64,000 nt of DNA from the NCBI GenBank assembly GCA_000002445.1, contig CM000208.1:1536001-1600000 (forward strand), written 5' to 3'. Positions within the stretch are counted from its first letter, which is position 1; each line of letters begins with the position of its first letter. Origin of the DNA: Trypanosoma brucei. Lineage: Eukaryota. A program made the translations under genes and the position numbers. Of the stretch, positions 20,364 to 30,568 are shown one piece after another. The notes below the pieces were generated by a model. It was not told the origin of the DNA and searched no databases. It saw only the letters and a list, made by a program, of their open reading frames with translations.

Positions 20364-22559
20364 TCATTCACGTCGTTCCTGCGGTTGTTGCCGAATGGTG
20401 TCGGCCTCTGCCAACAGTTCATCCATGCGCGACCGCACAGGACCCATAATAGCGTTCCTTATTGAAGCGTGAGTAATAAATATCGTGAGCAATTCCTCCT
20501 GGTCGGCAAGCAATCGACGGGCACATTCCACAGCGGGTTCAACCGCACCGGGTGCTTTTCTCGCAATCCCAATCAGCGGGGATGATGCCGCAGTAAGTAT
20601 CGCCTGTGCAGCACGTTCCGTGCAGAGTTTGATCTCACTCTCTACATCTTTCTTGGACTCCCGCGACGACTGCACAATCTCCAACCGGCGCAAAGCGATT
20701 TTTGAAAGGTCAATTCCCTTCTCCACCACGATGATATTCTCGTCGATAAGCGAAAGCTCGTCACGGAGGTGAAGCAGATGCCTCAGTTGACACAGAATAC
20801 CCTTCAACGGGGCATGCTCGACAGCTTGCTGCCCAACCAACTTAGACAGCTCCTGCACTTGGAGTAGTGTGCAGTTGATGGCCTCCTCCGCAAACACGGA
20901 AAAAATAGGAAACTCCAGTGATGGATAGAGAAGTTGCAGAAGTGTTACGCAGTTCGTAAGTGCAGGAATGTACGTGTCACTCGCTGATGCTTCATGATTG
21001 AGGAACTGCTGTGCTGCATCTCTTGTCAAGGTGTACTGTGAAATAGAATGACGCAAGAAAACACTAGTGCGGAATACCAGTCGCTCCTGTGTATCCTGAA
21101 TCATTTTGGTAAGGAGGCCGCTCAACTCCGCTGAACTATACTGCTTAGCGCTCGCCCGCTGTATCTCTTCAATTGTCTGAGCCAATACCTCCAGGTCATC
21201 CACCTGCAGCAAATGTGAACGAAATACGTGGTACTCTTCCCCGGAAATGTCAGAGACGATTTGAGGAAAAAGGCGAGCACTGAAATCTTCACGAAGCCAA
21301 ACGCCGTCAAAAACCTCTTTCTCATGCTCCAAAGCAAGTTTCATCATCCCTACAAGATGACCGACGAACTGTGGGACGGTTTTGTTTCCCTCTTTAACGC
21401 TCCCGCCACTGGTTCCACACATCATTTCCAGCCAGTTTTTCAGCACAGGGCCAATGATAAGAACACGGGCATCACGATAAGTGTCAAAAATGTCATCATC
21501 ATTTGTCTCTTCAAACGGTTGACGGCCGCCGCCGTGCGCCTCCATCAAACGCCGTAAGGAAGCCTTCTCGTTCAGTCTGGCGCAGAAAACATTGTCAACG
21601 CTAGCAAGCATACCCGCCATCAAGTGATGTGCTGATGTCATATCACCGCCAAGTACCGCTTGAAGGAGCATCACAAGGGGGTTGCTGCCAGTATCCACAC
21701 TCGGAGTAACTGTTTCCTGTCCCTCCTGATGTCGTTGCTGATTGCCGTAGAAAATAGAACGATAGACATCAGCAGACAGGGTGCAATTTTGAGCGGTGCG
21801 TATGGAAAAAATAATGGCATCCTTTAAGCACTGATAAGCTTGTTGGTACGCCGCAGCAAGCTTCGTCGTGTACGCTTTCGTCGATAGGAACTGGGGGTGG
21901 CATGTGAGAAACTGCATCTCCTCTTCCATCTCTTGCAATATGCTGGAGTAACGTTGCGACGTCGCTGACAGGGTCTGTTGTTCTACCTCTCTCACTAAAG
22001 CATCAATATGCGAAAAGTGTTTGATCATGCGTTGAAGTTCCTCCTGCACCATCTCAAGCCGGGCTTTGCGCACCATTAATTCGGACGCGTTGCTGCTGAG
22101 TTTGTTGCTTTGTTCCTGCACAGCTACCGTCACACCTCGCATTGAATCCAAACAGTCAACCAAGCCCTTGAGGACTCTAAGGCACCGCTCCCCCATCTGC
22201 CTTCCGTGTCTCGCACGTTCCAGCCACTGCTGCAACCCTTCAACGGCAGTTTCGCACCCAGTTCTCGCAACAGCTCGCAGTACCGTCTCGGCAGCAATTT
22301 CGTCGCCTTCGTGCACGCTTCTTCTCACAGCATCACATCCCTTTGAAGCCGCCCCCATTGAAACCGACCGCCGTTGCGAAAGGGAAGGAAAAGAGCGCCC
22401 GCACCACGGATCGCCTTCCAATGGAACACCAGGCCCACCTGTCGCGTAGCTAATGGGCAAAGCGTGCTGGAATGACTTCGACAAAGGCGCTAGCGAAATG
22501 TCTAAAAGACGCGAGAACTCTGCATCAGTAAGCATCTCGGCGTCAAAAGAGGTGCACAT
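20364..22559 (-). CDS. Hypothetical conserved protein, 731 aa, helical and coiled-coil-rich; possibly a vesicle-tethering-complex-like subunit (very tentative)
   Basis: Uninterrupted minus-strand ORF with a true ATG at 22559 ('cat' at 22557-22559). Leu/Glu/Gln-rich predicted helices. No diagnostic motif recognised. Confidence 0.55.
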   Translation of the reverse strand: MCTSFDAEMLTDAEFSRLLDISLAPLSKSFQHALPISYATGGPGVPLEGDPWCGRSFPSLSQRRSVSMGAASKGCDAVRRSVHEGDEIAAETVLRAVARTGCETAVEGLQQWLERARHGRQMGERCLRVLKGLVDCLDSMRGVTVAVQEQSNKLSSNASELMVRKARLEMVQEELQRMIKHFSHIDALVREVEQQTLSATSQRYSSILQEMEEEMQFLTCHPQFLSTKAYTTKLAAAYQQAYQCLKDAIIFSIRTAQNCTLSADVYRSIFYGNQQRHQEGQETVTPSVDTGSNPLVMLLQAVLGGDMTSAHHLMAGMLASVDNVFCARLNEKASLRRLMEAHGGGRQPFEETNDDDIFDTYRDARVLIIGPVLKNWLEMMCGTSGGSVKEGNKTVPQFVGHLVGMMKLALEHEKEVFDGVWLREDFSARLFPQIVSDISGEEYHVFRSHLLQVDDLEVLAQTIEEIQRASAKQYSSAELSGLLTKMIQDTQERLVFRTSVFLRHSISQYTLTRDAAQQFLNHEASASDTYIPALTNCVTLLQLLYPSLEFPIFSVFAEEAINCTLLQVQELSKLVGQQAVEHAPLKGILCQLRHLLHLRDELSLIDENIIVVEKGIDLSKIALRRLEIVQSSRESKKDVESEIKLCTERAAQAILTAASSPLIGIARKAPGAVEPAVECARRLLADQEELLTIFITHASIRNAIMGPVRSRMDELLAEADTIRQQPQERRE

Positions 22560-22813
22560 GTGCGTATACCTACTAAGAAAAAAAAAAGATGGTATATGCA
22601 GAAAAGGTGTTCAAAAGGATGAGGAATGTCGACTGAGTCAAATTCTGGAAAAGAAATAGGAAATGCAGAAAGAACAACCGGAAAACAGTACCAAATGCTC
22701 ACGAGTTGGGAAAGAAAGTAGCCCCACACCATTTTTCCATGTGATGCCTCGACACAAATGAACTTTCCTCTCGATATCTTCAGCCTCGAAACACCTCTCA
22801 GAGACGGTCGGAA

Positions 22814-25800
22814 CTAAGAGGTTCCCACGTCTTCCACAAGTTCCTCAAGGGCTGCAACCAGACCATCAATACCTTCCCGATCTGGTGCCAGCTGCAGTAA
22901 CTGCCGCAAACACTCAGCCACGCGAACACGGCAATGCAGGCTAAGAGAGGGTGATATATTCCGCTTTTCTGATCTCAGGGCATGGAGGAGAGCGGGTACA
23001 ACCCTAACGCATGTATCAAACACAGTGCGGCAGCCACCTTCAGGCAAACCAACGCAATAAGTTACAAAGCAGGCGTCACCAGCTGTAACTAATCGATACA
23101 ATTCGGAATGCAGCCACAGCCCAGTCCTGTCAGTTTTACCCATCTGACTTTGAAGTGCACGCGATGCGCACTCAACCACCTCCCAACAAACAGTGGTATC
23201 ATCACTGCAAAGCGCCCTGGCGAGGAGAATATTCACCGAATCGTGCACCGACAGATCATGTTCCTTCATGAGGATGGTGCGCTGCAATTCAGTAAGCTGC
23301 GGCAAGGCGCTAGCGTGCATCGCCTCGCAGGTGTTAGTAGCAGCTCCGGTGATAGCTAAGCCCAACAGCACTAAACCACACTCCCCGGCAGAAATGGAAG
23401 TTCCGACATCTTTTGTAGCAATCCGTAGGTCCTCCCCACCGCCAGTACCGTGGTAGAAACGAAGCATGTTATCTACGGAAAACCTCAAAACCTCGAGGAA
23501 AGAGCGATCACGCTCATCCGACCGTGAACGGAAGAGCCAGGCAGCGCACAGCGACTCAATCAAGGCAACTGTTTCCCTCCGTTGGAGAACGAATGGCTTT
23601 TCGGCACCCACACTACCTTCTTCAGAACCCTCTCCCATGTTACCGGGTCTTCTCTCATGGATAGCGCTGGCGCAGTGCAGCACAATTTCGCTCACCATGG
23701 AGATGTCACCGGCATCCCTCGAGCACATCCTTGTCATGGAACGCAGTGCTCTGCAAACACGCCGCGCGTCCTGAGAGACTTCAGGTGCCTTCAACTTTTC
23801 AAAAAGCGGCAAAAGAAATAGTGAGGCCTCATCAGCAGCAAAGGCAGCACCGTAAAGCATGGCATACGCACAACGGTAACAATATAGCTCTGACAGCTTC
23901 TCTTCAGGCATTAGGAGCAGCCCCGCTTTGAGTGTCGCAGATTCGATATAGAGAGGTGAGAGCACACCCGCAATAACTCGCGCAGATGTACACTGGTGGC
24001 TGTACTTGCGAAGCTTACACACATACCCCGCAAGGGAAACGCATGCCATTAAATTTTGGCGACAATCCCAGGACACGTCGTTGCCACTCAACGTCCTGAG
24101 AGACAACAGTAGCTTCTTTACACATATGGCCATATATGTGTCAAAAGACGGCTGAGGAGGATGCTCAAAAAAACCGAGAACGCTGACAAATGCCATAATT
24201 TCTCTCAACGTATAAGATTCCAGTATGGTGGAAACAGAGTCCATATTTTCTACTAGTGCATCCATGCGCTTCACTATACTCACAGCGAGTGTGACCAGCG
24301 GATCTGCATTAGCAGAACCATCTGGCGTACACACCGGTTTCCAGTCACACGACGAGCTCTCCTGGTATTCTGCCGATGGCAAAAAAACAGTGGGGCGAAG
24401 AAACCGCGAGGACTGTAACGCCTGCAGAACGACCTGGCATTGCTTCAGGCTGCACATTTGCATACGCTCCGCTACATTGCACGCGAGGGTGTTTAGAATA
24501 CGGCCATTCCACACGCCTAAACGTGCAAAGGCACTTAGAAGAAGAGAAAGCTCCAACGGCCCCATGGCGGGCGACATATCGCGAACGAGTGGCAGTAACT
24601 CGTATAGTAAGGAGTGGTGCCCCACCTCCACCTTCTCAAAACTTTGTACAAGCATGACAACCTCTTGCGGTGTCATTTGCCATCCACCACCAGTCGCCAC
24701 GCCACACGAGTACGGTGACTGCTGCATCTGCAAACAGACGGCGTCGCCTATCATCGTAAAGGTGTCGTGAACAACCCCGAAATCATCACCCTTAGACAGT
24801 AAATCACTTGATACCTCCCTTTCCGCAGCATCGCTGTCCACATCCTCAGAATCATCAGCCCCTTCCGCAGCGGGCTCCGATGAGATAGCCTGCAGCTGCG
24901 CTAACGTGTACGCAAGAAGAACAACATCTCGGGGGGAAATTGTCATCACATCCGTCTCTAGCATATCACGTGCATTCTGCATGGCAATTCGTTTCAGCGC
25001 GGAAAGGGCTTCCTTCTCACAGGGTTTTATGGCCGCATTCTTTATAATCGGCAACACACACCGAAGAAAAGACGTTGTTTTCTTCGGTGCCGTTGAGAGA
25101 AGTGTCCCTGCCCGCCACAAGAGCGACGCCGATATTTGTACTTCCCGCACTTGCCGCATCCCGTCGAGGAGAGATTGAATGTCGTGCAGTGTCATTTCGA
25201 CACGGCCCGACTGCTCAACAAGAGATTTCATCGCTTCTCGCGCCACCGCCTCACCAATCAAGTCCTTTGACAGCAGCTCCCTTGTGTATTTAGCGAGAGC
25301 CCCAACCTCGTAAGCATTCGCCATCGGTGCAAGACGAATCACTTGATTGGCGGCGCTGTCAAAAGATCGCTGCGCGGAAGGTGAATACGTAACCGTGGCC
25401 GCTGAGTTATGCACGGCAGTTTCCTCCTCTCCCGCAGGAAATGGGGCCCCTAATCCGGGTATGAGAACGCCGAGCAACTTGACAAGACTTTTGGGGTCCT
25501 GTATCTCCTTTACGGTTCCCATGGCGCCTTGTCTTACCATCTCGTAAAGCTCCCCGGCACGCAGGAGCAACTCCTCCTCTTCACGTCTCACGGGCACACA
25601 CTTTTCACGGAACGTATCAAGAGCATTCATGAGAGTAAATACCCCACTCGGGTCCTCATGTCCAATTACCGCGTGACCGTCACTAACTCCGTCATTGCTC
25701 TCATCACATGTAACATTCGACACCTCTACGAACCTGGAAGCTGCCCCGACAAGTTGTGAGTCCAGTGAAGCGTAAACAGTGAGCGACAAGGCAGAGTGGA

Positions 25801-27340
25801 GTTGTGAAAAGAGAAGAAGTAATTGTGCCGCCTCAACAGTCGTAACCGCCCGCGCCGAAGCCAATGTAACAACGCGATCGGCTGAGCGACGAAGGCAAGG
25901 AAGCACGGCAGGCAATAATGGGGCATCCCAAACAGTCACATACGACTCATCCTTCACCGACCGGGTGTGATAGTCACCGAACCGACACAGCCCCTGAAGA
26001 AACGGAATGAGATGAGACGGTTGTACTGAGTCCATATGAGATGCAAAAGAGCTGCAAAGAAGGTTCACAAGGTCCTCAGAAACCTCCGTGTCCAGGCGCG
26101 TGAGATTGGCTAGAAGTAACGAGCTCTCAATGTGACGAAGAGTCTCCGGGTGGGTTTCCGCGAGCAAGAATAGCTTTGGTCGCATGGCGCCAACTATGCG
26201 CTGAACCAGTAGTCCATCAGCAACTTCCGGTGCGCAACTACGCAGACGTACCAACAAAGACACCGCCATGCTCATCTCCTTCACTGTCGCCGAAGCAAGA
26301 GCGAGTGGCAACAAAGAGACAGCGCCGCGAGAAAAAAAAATCATACTCTCCCGGTGCTTTAACTTCAACGCACAAGAGAGTAAGTGGCAAAGGTCTCCGG
26401 GCCGTTTTGCTGCACCCGATGCGCATGATCCGAAGGCTGTGCCTAGTACCGGTTGCAAGGGCAAAAGAACCGCGTGCATTTCTTCCATATCCTTGACGCC
26501 ATCAGCATCCACATCGCTGCAGAGAGACTCAAAGCGCTGAAACGCCAGGAGAGTGTGGGTGCAATCCTGAACGTCAAATGAGGATGCGGACGCGGTTGCC
26601 GATAAGAGAGCGTCCGCCGCCTTCGTCAATAACTCTGCAACACTCCTGCGTAGGACAGAGGCTGCGCTCCCCGAAGCCAACGTCTTACCCGCCATTCCCA
26701 CAGAGGGTCCCTCGGGTTCTATATCTTTAGTCTCACCGCCCCCGGCATCGCCAACGCCACAGTTGTCGTCGCATTCTAAAAGTCTGTTAACAAGGCTGAA
26801 GACAGAGACAATGGCACTGTAATGCTGTTTCATCTCGACCTCATTCATTGTTGCGGTGGAAACCGACGCCTCCAGCGAGGTCAACAGAGGGGTAATGAGC
26901 TCCTCCATAACAAACTGCCGCCCGAGCGACTTACCATCCTTTAGATTAAGTAGTGGCATCGCAACGGACATAACCTGCCGTGTGGTTAATAAACTGGATT
27001 TGTTTATCCGCACCCACTGAAGTGCCTCCGCAACCCGCTGTGTTGTAGTAGTGGCCCCAAACGCTGCAGCAACGCTCAACAACTTCCCGACTTCAATACA
27101 AAAGGAAGACGAGACCACACTTACGTCCGACAGCATGTCGCTTCCCCGCACCTCTCGCCGGAGGAGCTTCAGCGCCTCGTCCGCAAGCCTCTGCTTACTT
27201 AGCGAAGTTTCACACCCCGCCATCGGCGTCTCCCGACGTTGAAGAGGACGCTGATACTGCTGGCGCAGGCGCTGTAGGGTTCTCAACACGGACTGAGGTG
27301 CAGATGCCCCCTGAAGACGCCGAAGGCATACATGGAGCAT
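22814..27340 (-). CDS. Large hypothetical protein, 1508 aa, Leu/Ala/Ser-rich alpha-solenoid-like
   Basis: 4.5-kb uninterrupted minus-strand ORF with a true ATG at 27340 ('cat' at 27338-27340). No catalytic motif recognised. Confidence 0.6.
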   Translation of the reverse strand: MLHVCLRRLQGASAPQSVLRTLQRLRQQYQRPLQRRETPMAGCETSLSKQRLADEALKLLRREVRGSDMLSDVSVVSSSFCIEVGKLLSVAAAFGATTTTQRVAEALQWVRINKSSLLTTRQVMSVAMPLLNLKDGKSLGRQFVMEELITPLLTSLEASVSTATMNEVEMKQHYSAIVSVFSLVNRLLECDDNCGVGDAGGGETKDIEPEGPSVGMAGKTLASGSAASVLRRSVAELLTKAADALLSATASASSFDVQDCTHTLLAFQRFESLCSDVDADGVKDMEEMHAVLLPLQPVLGTAFGSCASGAAKRPGDLCHLLSCALKLKHRESMIFFSRGAVSLLPLALASATVKEMSMAVSLLVRLRSCAPEVADGLLVQRIVGAMRPKLFLLAETHPETLRHIESSLLLANLTRLDTEVSEDLVNLLCSSFASHMDSVQPSHLIPFLQGLCRFGDYHTRSVKDESYVTVWDAPLLPAVLPCLRRSADRVVTLASARAVTTVEAAQLLLLFSQLHSALSLTVYASLDSQLVGAASRFVEVSNVTCDESNDGVSDGHAVIGHEDPSGVFTLMNALDTFREKCVPVRREEEELLLRAGELYEMVRQGAMGTVKEIQDPKSLVKLLGVLIPGLGAPFPAGEEETAVHNSAATVTYSPSAQRSFDSAANQVIRLAPMANAYEVGALAKYTRELLSKDLIGEAVAREAMKSLVEQSGRVEMTLHDIQSLLDGMRQVREVQISASLLWRAGTLLSTAPKKTTSFLRCVLPIIKNAAIKPCEKEALSALKRIAMQNARDMLETDVMTISPRDVVLLAYTLAQLQAISSEPAAEGADDSEDVDSDAAEREVSSDLLSKGDDFGVVHDTFTMIGDAVCLQMQQSPYSCGVATGGGWQMTPQEVVMLVQSFEKVEVGHHSLLYELLPLVRDMSPAMGPLELSLLLSAFARLGVWNGRILNTLACNVAERMQMCSLKQCQVVLQALQSSRFLRPTVFLPSAEYQESSSCDWKPVCTPDGSANADPLVTLAVSIVKRMDALVENMDSVSTILESYTLREIMAFVSVLGFFEHPPQPSFDTYMAICVKKLLLSLRTLSGNDVSWDCRQNLMACVSLAGYVCKLRKYSHQCTSARVIAGVLSPLYIESATLKAGLLLMPEEKLSELYCYRCAYAMLYGAAFAADEASLFLLPLFEKLKAPEVSQDARRVCRALRSMTRMCSRDAGDISMVSEIVLHCASAIHERRPGNMGEGSEEGSVGAEKPFVLQRRETVALIESLCAAWLFRSRSDERDRSFLEVLRFSVDNMLRFYHGTGGGEDLRIATKDVGTSISAGECGLVLLGLAITGAATNTCEAMHASALPQLTELQRTILMKEHDLSVHDSVNILLARALCSDDTTVCWEVVECASRALQSQMGKTDRTGLWLHSELYRLVTAGDACFVTYCVGLPEGGCRTVFDTCVRVVPALLHALRSEKRNISPSLSLHCRVRVAECLRQLLQLAPDREGIDGLVAALEELVEDVGTS

Positions 27341-28625
27341 CTTCTTTCAAAACAAAACACCCACTTGACCTATTGCTGACTTCCTCTTCACAGCCCGCTA
27401 ACTTCAATGAACAAGCGGTATGGGGCCACGGTCACTTTTAACGTCAGCTTGAATTCAAGGGCATCCGGCAGAGCACGTGGACATTGGTACACGTGGATGC
27501 GTATTTCAGAAGGACAAAAAGGTGGAAAAGGGAGAAGGAGCGCAACGATGTTAAATAAAAGGAAAAGAAGGAACAAAAAACAAATTCAGAAAAGGGATAT
27601 AACCGAACAAGAGTGCACAGAAACCAAAAATAACCGGCAAACCAGAACTCATTCCTATTGTCGTGACATTTTTGATTCTATTTGTTTGTTTGGTGTTGTT
27701 GTTGTTTTGCTTTAGTGTGTGTATGTGATTCACTTTATGTGATCGTGTCCCGTGTACATTCCACTGAGCCTCATCACCAGCCTTAACGCTCTCTTTTTCC
27801 CTCGTCCTCACACTCTTTCCCTGCTGTCACCACCATCAGGACCTCGCTGGTGCTTCACAACATTGGTCGCGCATCCCACAACCATTTGCCACTCTGCTGC
27901 AACTCCCCCACAACCGTTATGACTAAACAACCCAAAACAATAACCACAAACACGTACATCCGCAATTCCCCATCCCCATCATCCTCCTCCCCCTCCTCCT
28001 CCTCCGCACTCCCCTTCCCTCCAGCGGCTTGGCACATGCAGCCGGCTTTGACGCATCGGTAACTGTGAGGCCCAGGGGAAGAAAAGAAAAATCGGATACT
28101 CTTTGGGGGTACACAGTAGAGGGTTTTGCAGAAGAAAAATGGAATGAAAATGAAAACAAAATGGAGGTATGCGCACACATATGGTTGCTGACAACCTTTC
28201 AGCACTCCCAATCCCCTGGGGCTACCAAGTTATTGCACAAACCCCCCGCCTCCAACAATCAACAGGTGGAAAATAATAATAATAACGATAAAATACAGAA
28301 CCAAGCGAATACACAAACAGAAGAGAACGTGTCTTTGTCCCTGTCTAGGTCAGTCAGGACAACTCGGCGAAGGAACGCAAAGCACAAACGAACAAAAGAG
28401 AGACCACGGTTGTCAACACAGTGCAATGACAAAGTAACGTTAACAGTCTTTAAAAGGAGTGAAATTCACAAGCTGAAGATAGGGCGCCCACAACTCACCG
28501 ATACTAATAAGAACAGGCGCATAGACATGTAAACGAAGTAGGGAACAAAGAATAATGGAAGTGCAGGCACATGGCAGGTAACGGCAATATCAATTCTCCC
28601 ATGTACTCCTGAGGAAGAAATAAAA

Positions 28626-30125
28626 TCAGTTGTTCGTTCCGTATCCACTGTTAATTTCATGTTGCAAAAGCTCAACATCCTCAGCCTCTCGTGCTCCCAT
28701 ATGCTTAAAGTAGTTCTTGTAGCTGCTCTTCAGACGACGGACACAGCCCTTACACAAGCGGGTTGTGTATATCAGAGAGAGTAGTGCAAAGAAAATGGTG
28801 GCCACCGTAGTCCATATGTACGCCGCAGTACATAATGCCACATATCGGAAGGTTCCATCCCCTGTAAGTTCGTAACAAAAGGGGATGGCGCTCTGTTGCT
28901 CCACCGCCGTGGTTAAAACAAATTCTGGCATATCCGGTAACGCCCTAACAAAGTAGCCAAGGAAGGGTGAAGGGCCTTCGCCTTCTGTGGCGCCCGACCT
29001 AAACGGAGAAACATAAGACATGATTGATCGACCCACACGATCGGCTATCAACAGTAGATCATGTGAAGGATTTTCATATATACCGCTGGCAGCATGCATG
29101 AAAACCGGTGATGTGACCGGATAACTCGGTTGCCGCTGATGAGGGGTGTTAAAGTCACTTGCAGCCACTGGGGATGACTTTCCCACGAGGGGTACAAGAT
29201 AGACCATGCCATCCTCTTTGCTCGTTACATACATGTGTGGAACCTCGAAGTACGATGCAGGCGATTCAATGGGCTTAAAGTACCGAGAAGGGAACGCCAC
29301 TTGCACCGGTGATGGAACAGTTATCGAGAAAACATACGCTCCCGTGTCAGCATAAAACACCAGCAATTTGTTGAGAGCAATATCACACAATACAAGGTAG
29401 CGAGCGAGGAGGCCCTCCCCCGTTGCGAAACTTCCAGCGGGTGCCGCTTGCTCCACAAGGAAGCGGGGAAGCGGGGGAGAAATGGCTAGCCCTCGAACAG
29501 AGAGCAATGCGTATTCGTTACTCCATGGGGAAACAAACAATCCGACTTTCTTCGGTATCTTTGATGCCGCGGAACCGTTCGTGAGAGCAAACACAGAATT
29601 TTCAGCAGGTTCCCAGCGTGGATATTTGCCTTTTCCGTCATCAACGCGCGTGTATCTCGCAACAGTGACGCTGTTCTGGTTGGATGCATACAGTGAATCG
29701 TCATCAGGATTAAAGACTATGGCATACGGATGATCAAGCATTGGATTGTTGTCGTCTTGCTCAGCCACGGTAAAGAGGTAGTCACGAGTACAGTTTTTTC
29801 CGAGTGTCCCATTAAGAACACCATTCCCTGAGACGGCGAAGATGCGACTAAATTTCCCTCGCGCGCTAGCGATATACAAGTGCTCCCCCGGGCCGAACTT
29901 CATATCGCGCAACTTCTCCACGCGCACGGGGAAAGATTCCTTGTTCAACACGTTGCCTATAAACCGTCCTTCCGTGTCAAAGGCCCAGATGTTATCTGCG
30001 GCATTCGAGGTGACGTAAACCGCATGTGTGTTACCGTTAGACGGACAGTACGCGGCAGCACAATCAAACAATAGCGAGAGAGACACCGTAGCAGCCACGT
30101 AAAGGGAAAAAACAAACGGGTTCAT
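28626..30125 (-). CDS. Type-I membrane protein, about 499 aa: N-terminal signal peptide, large lumenal/extracellular domain, one C-terminal transmembrane helix and a short basic cytoplasmic tail
   Basis: From the first ATG at 30125 the protein begins 'MNPFVFSLYVAATVSLSLLFDCAAAY', a classic signal peptide. The C-terminal hydrophobic stretch 'IWTTVATIFFALLSLIYTT' is followed by 'RLCKGCVRRLKSSYKNYFKH...'. The track start at 30158 is GTG. The ectodomain has several N-x-S/T sites. Its fold was not identified; it may be a beta-propeller. Confidence 0.6.
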   Translation of the reverse strand: MNPFVFSLYVAATVSLSLLFDCAAAYCPSNGNTHAVYVTSNAADNIWAFDTEGRFIGNVLNKESFPVRVEKLRDMKFGPGEHLYIASARGKFSRIFAVSGNGVLNGTLGKNCTRDYLFTVAEQDDNNPMLDHPYAIVFNPDDDSLYASNQNSVTVARYTRVDDGKGKYPRWEPAENSVFALTNGSAASKIPKKVGLFVSPWSNEYALLSVRGLAISPPLPRFLVEQAAPAGSFATGEGLLARYLVLCDIALNKLLVFYADTGAYVFSITVPSPVQVAFPSRYFKPIESPASYFEVPHMYVTSKEDGMVYLVPLVGKSSPVAASDFNTPHQRQPSYPVTSPVFMHAASGIYENPSHDLLLIADRVGRSIMSYVSPFRSGATEGEGPSPFLGYFVRALPDMPEFVLTTAVEQQSAIPFCYELTGDGTFRYVALCTAAYIWTTVATIFFALLSLIYTTRLCKGCVRRLKSSYKNYFKHMGAREAEDVELLQHEINSGYGTNN

Positions 30126-30227
30126 TTCCCACACCGTTACAAAACTGGGTCGTCTCACAGTTGAAACCTCTTATAAACCCTACCTGGTAGGCAACTTCAC
30201 TGCCCCTTAGGGAGTGTGTCAGCAAGC

Positions 30228-30275
30228 ACAGACACACACACACACACACTCACTCACACACTCACTCACGAACGC
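30228..30275. repeat. (CA)n / (CACTCA)n microsatellite
   Basis: 'gcacagacacacacacacacacactcactcacacactcactcacg' lies immediately upstream (minus sense) of the 28626..30125 gene. Confidence 0.85.
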
Positions 30276-30568
30276 GAGCAAAGCCAGTTACGCGGAAGGG
30301 GGAAAAAAAAAGAACGAAAGTGGATGGCGACAGATAACAATATCAAGAAAAAATGGACTCGTTGATGCTATGGGTGACGGTGCCGCACACAGACGTGCAA
30401 ACGGTACCCGTATATGTATGCACATAAACTTACACGTCCAACCGCACGCACACGCAACCGACAACAGTCGCATAAAAACCATAGATAATTATAGAACTTT
30501 TTGTTTTAACAGAAACAAACGATAACAACAATGTCAACCAGCCATGTGACGGTAAGAAGTGCAACTTT

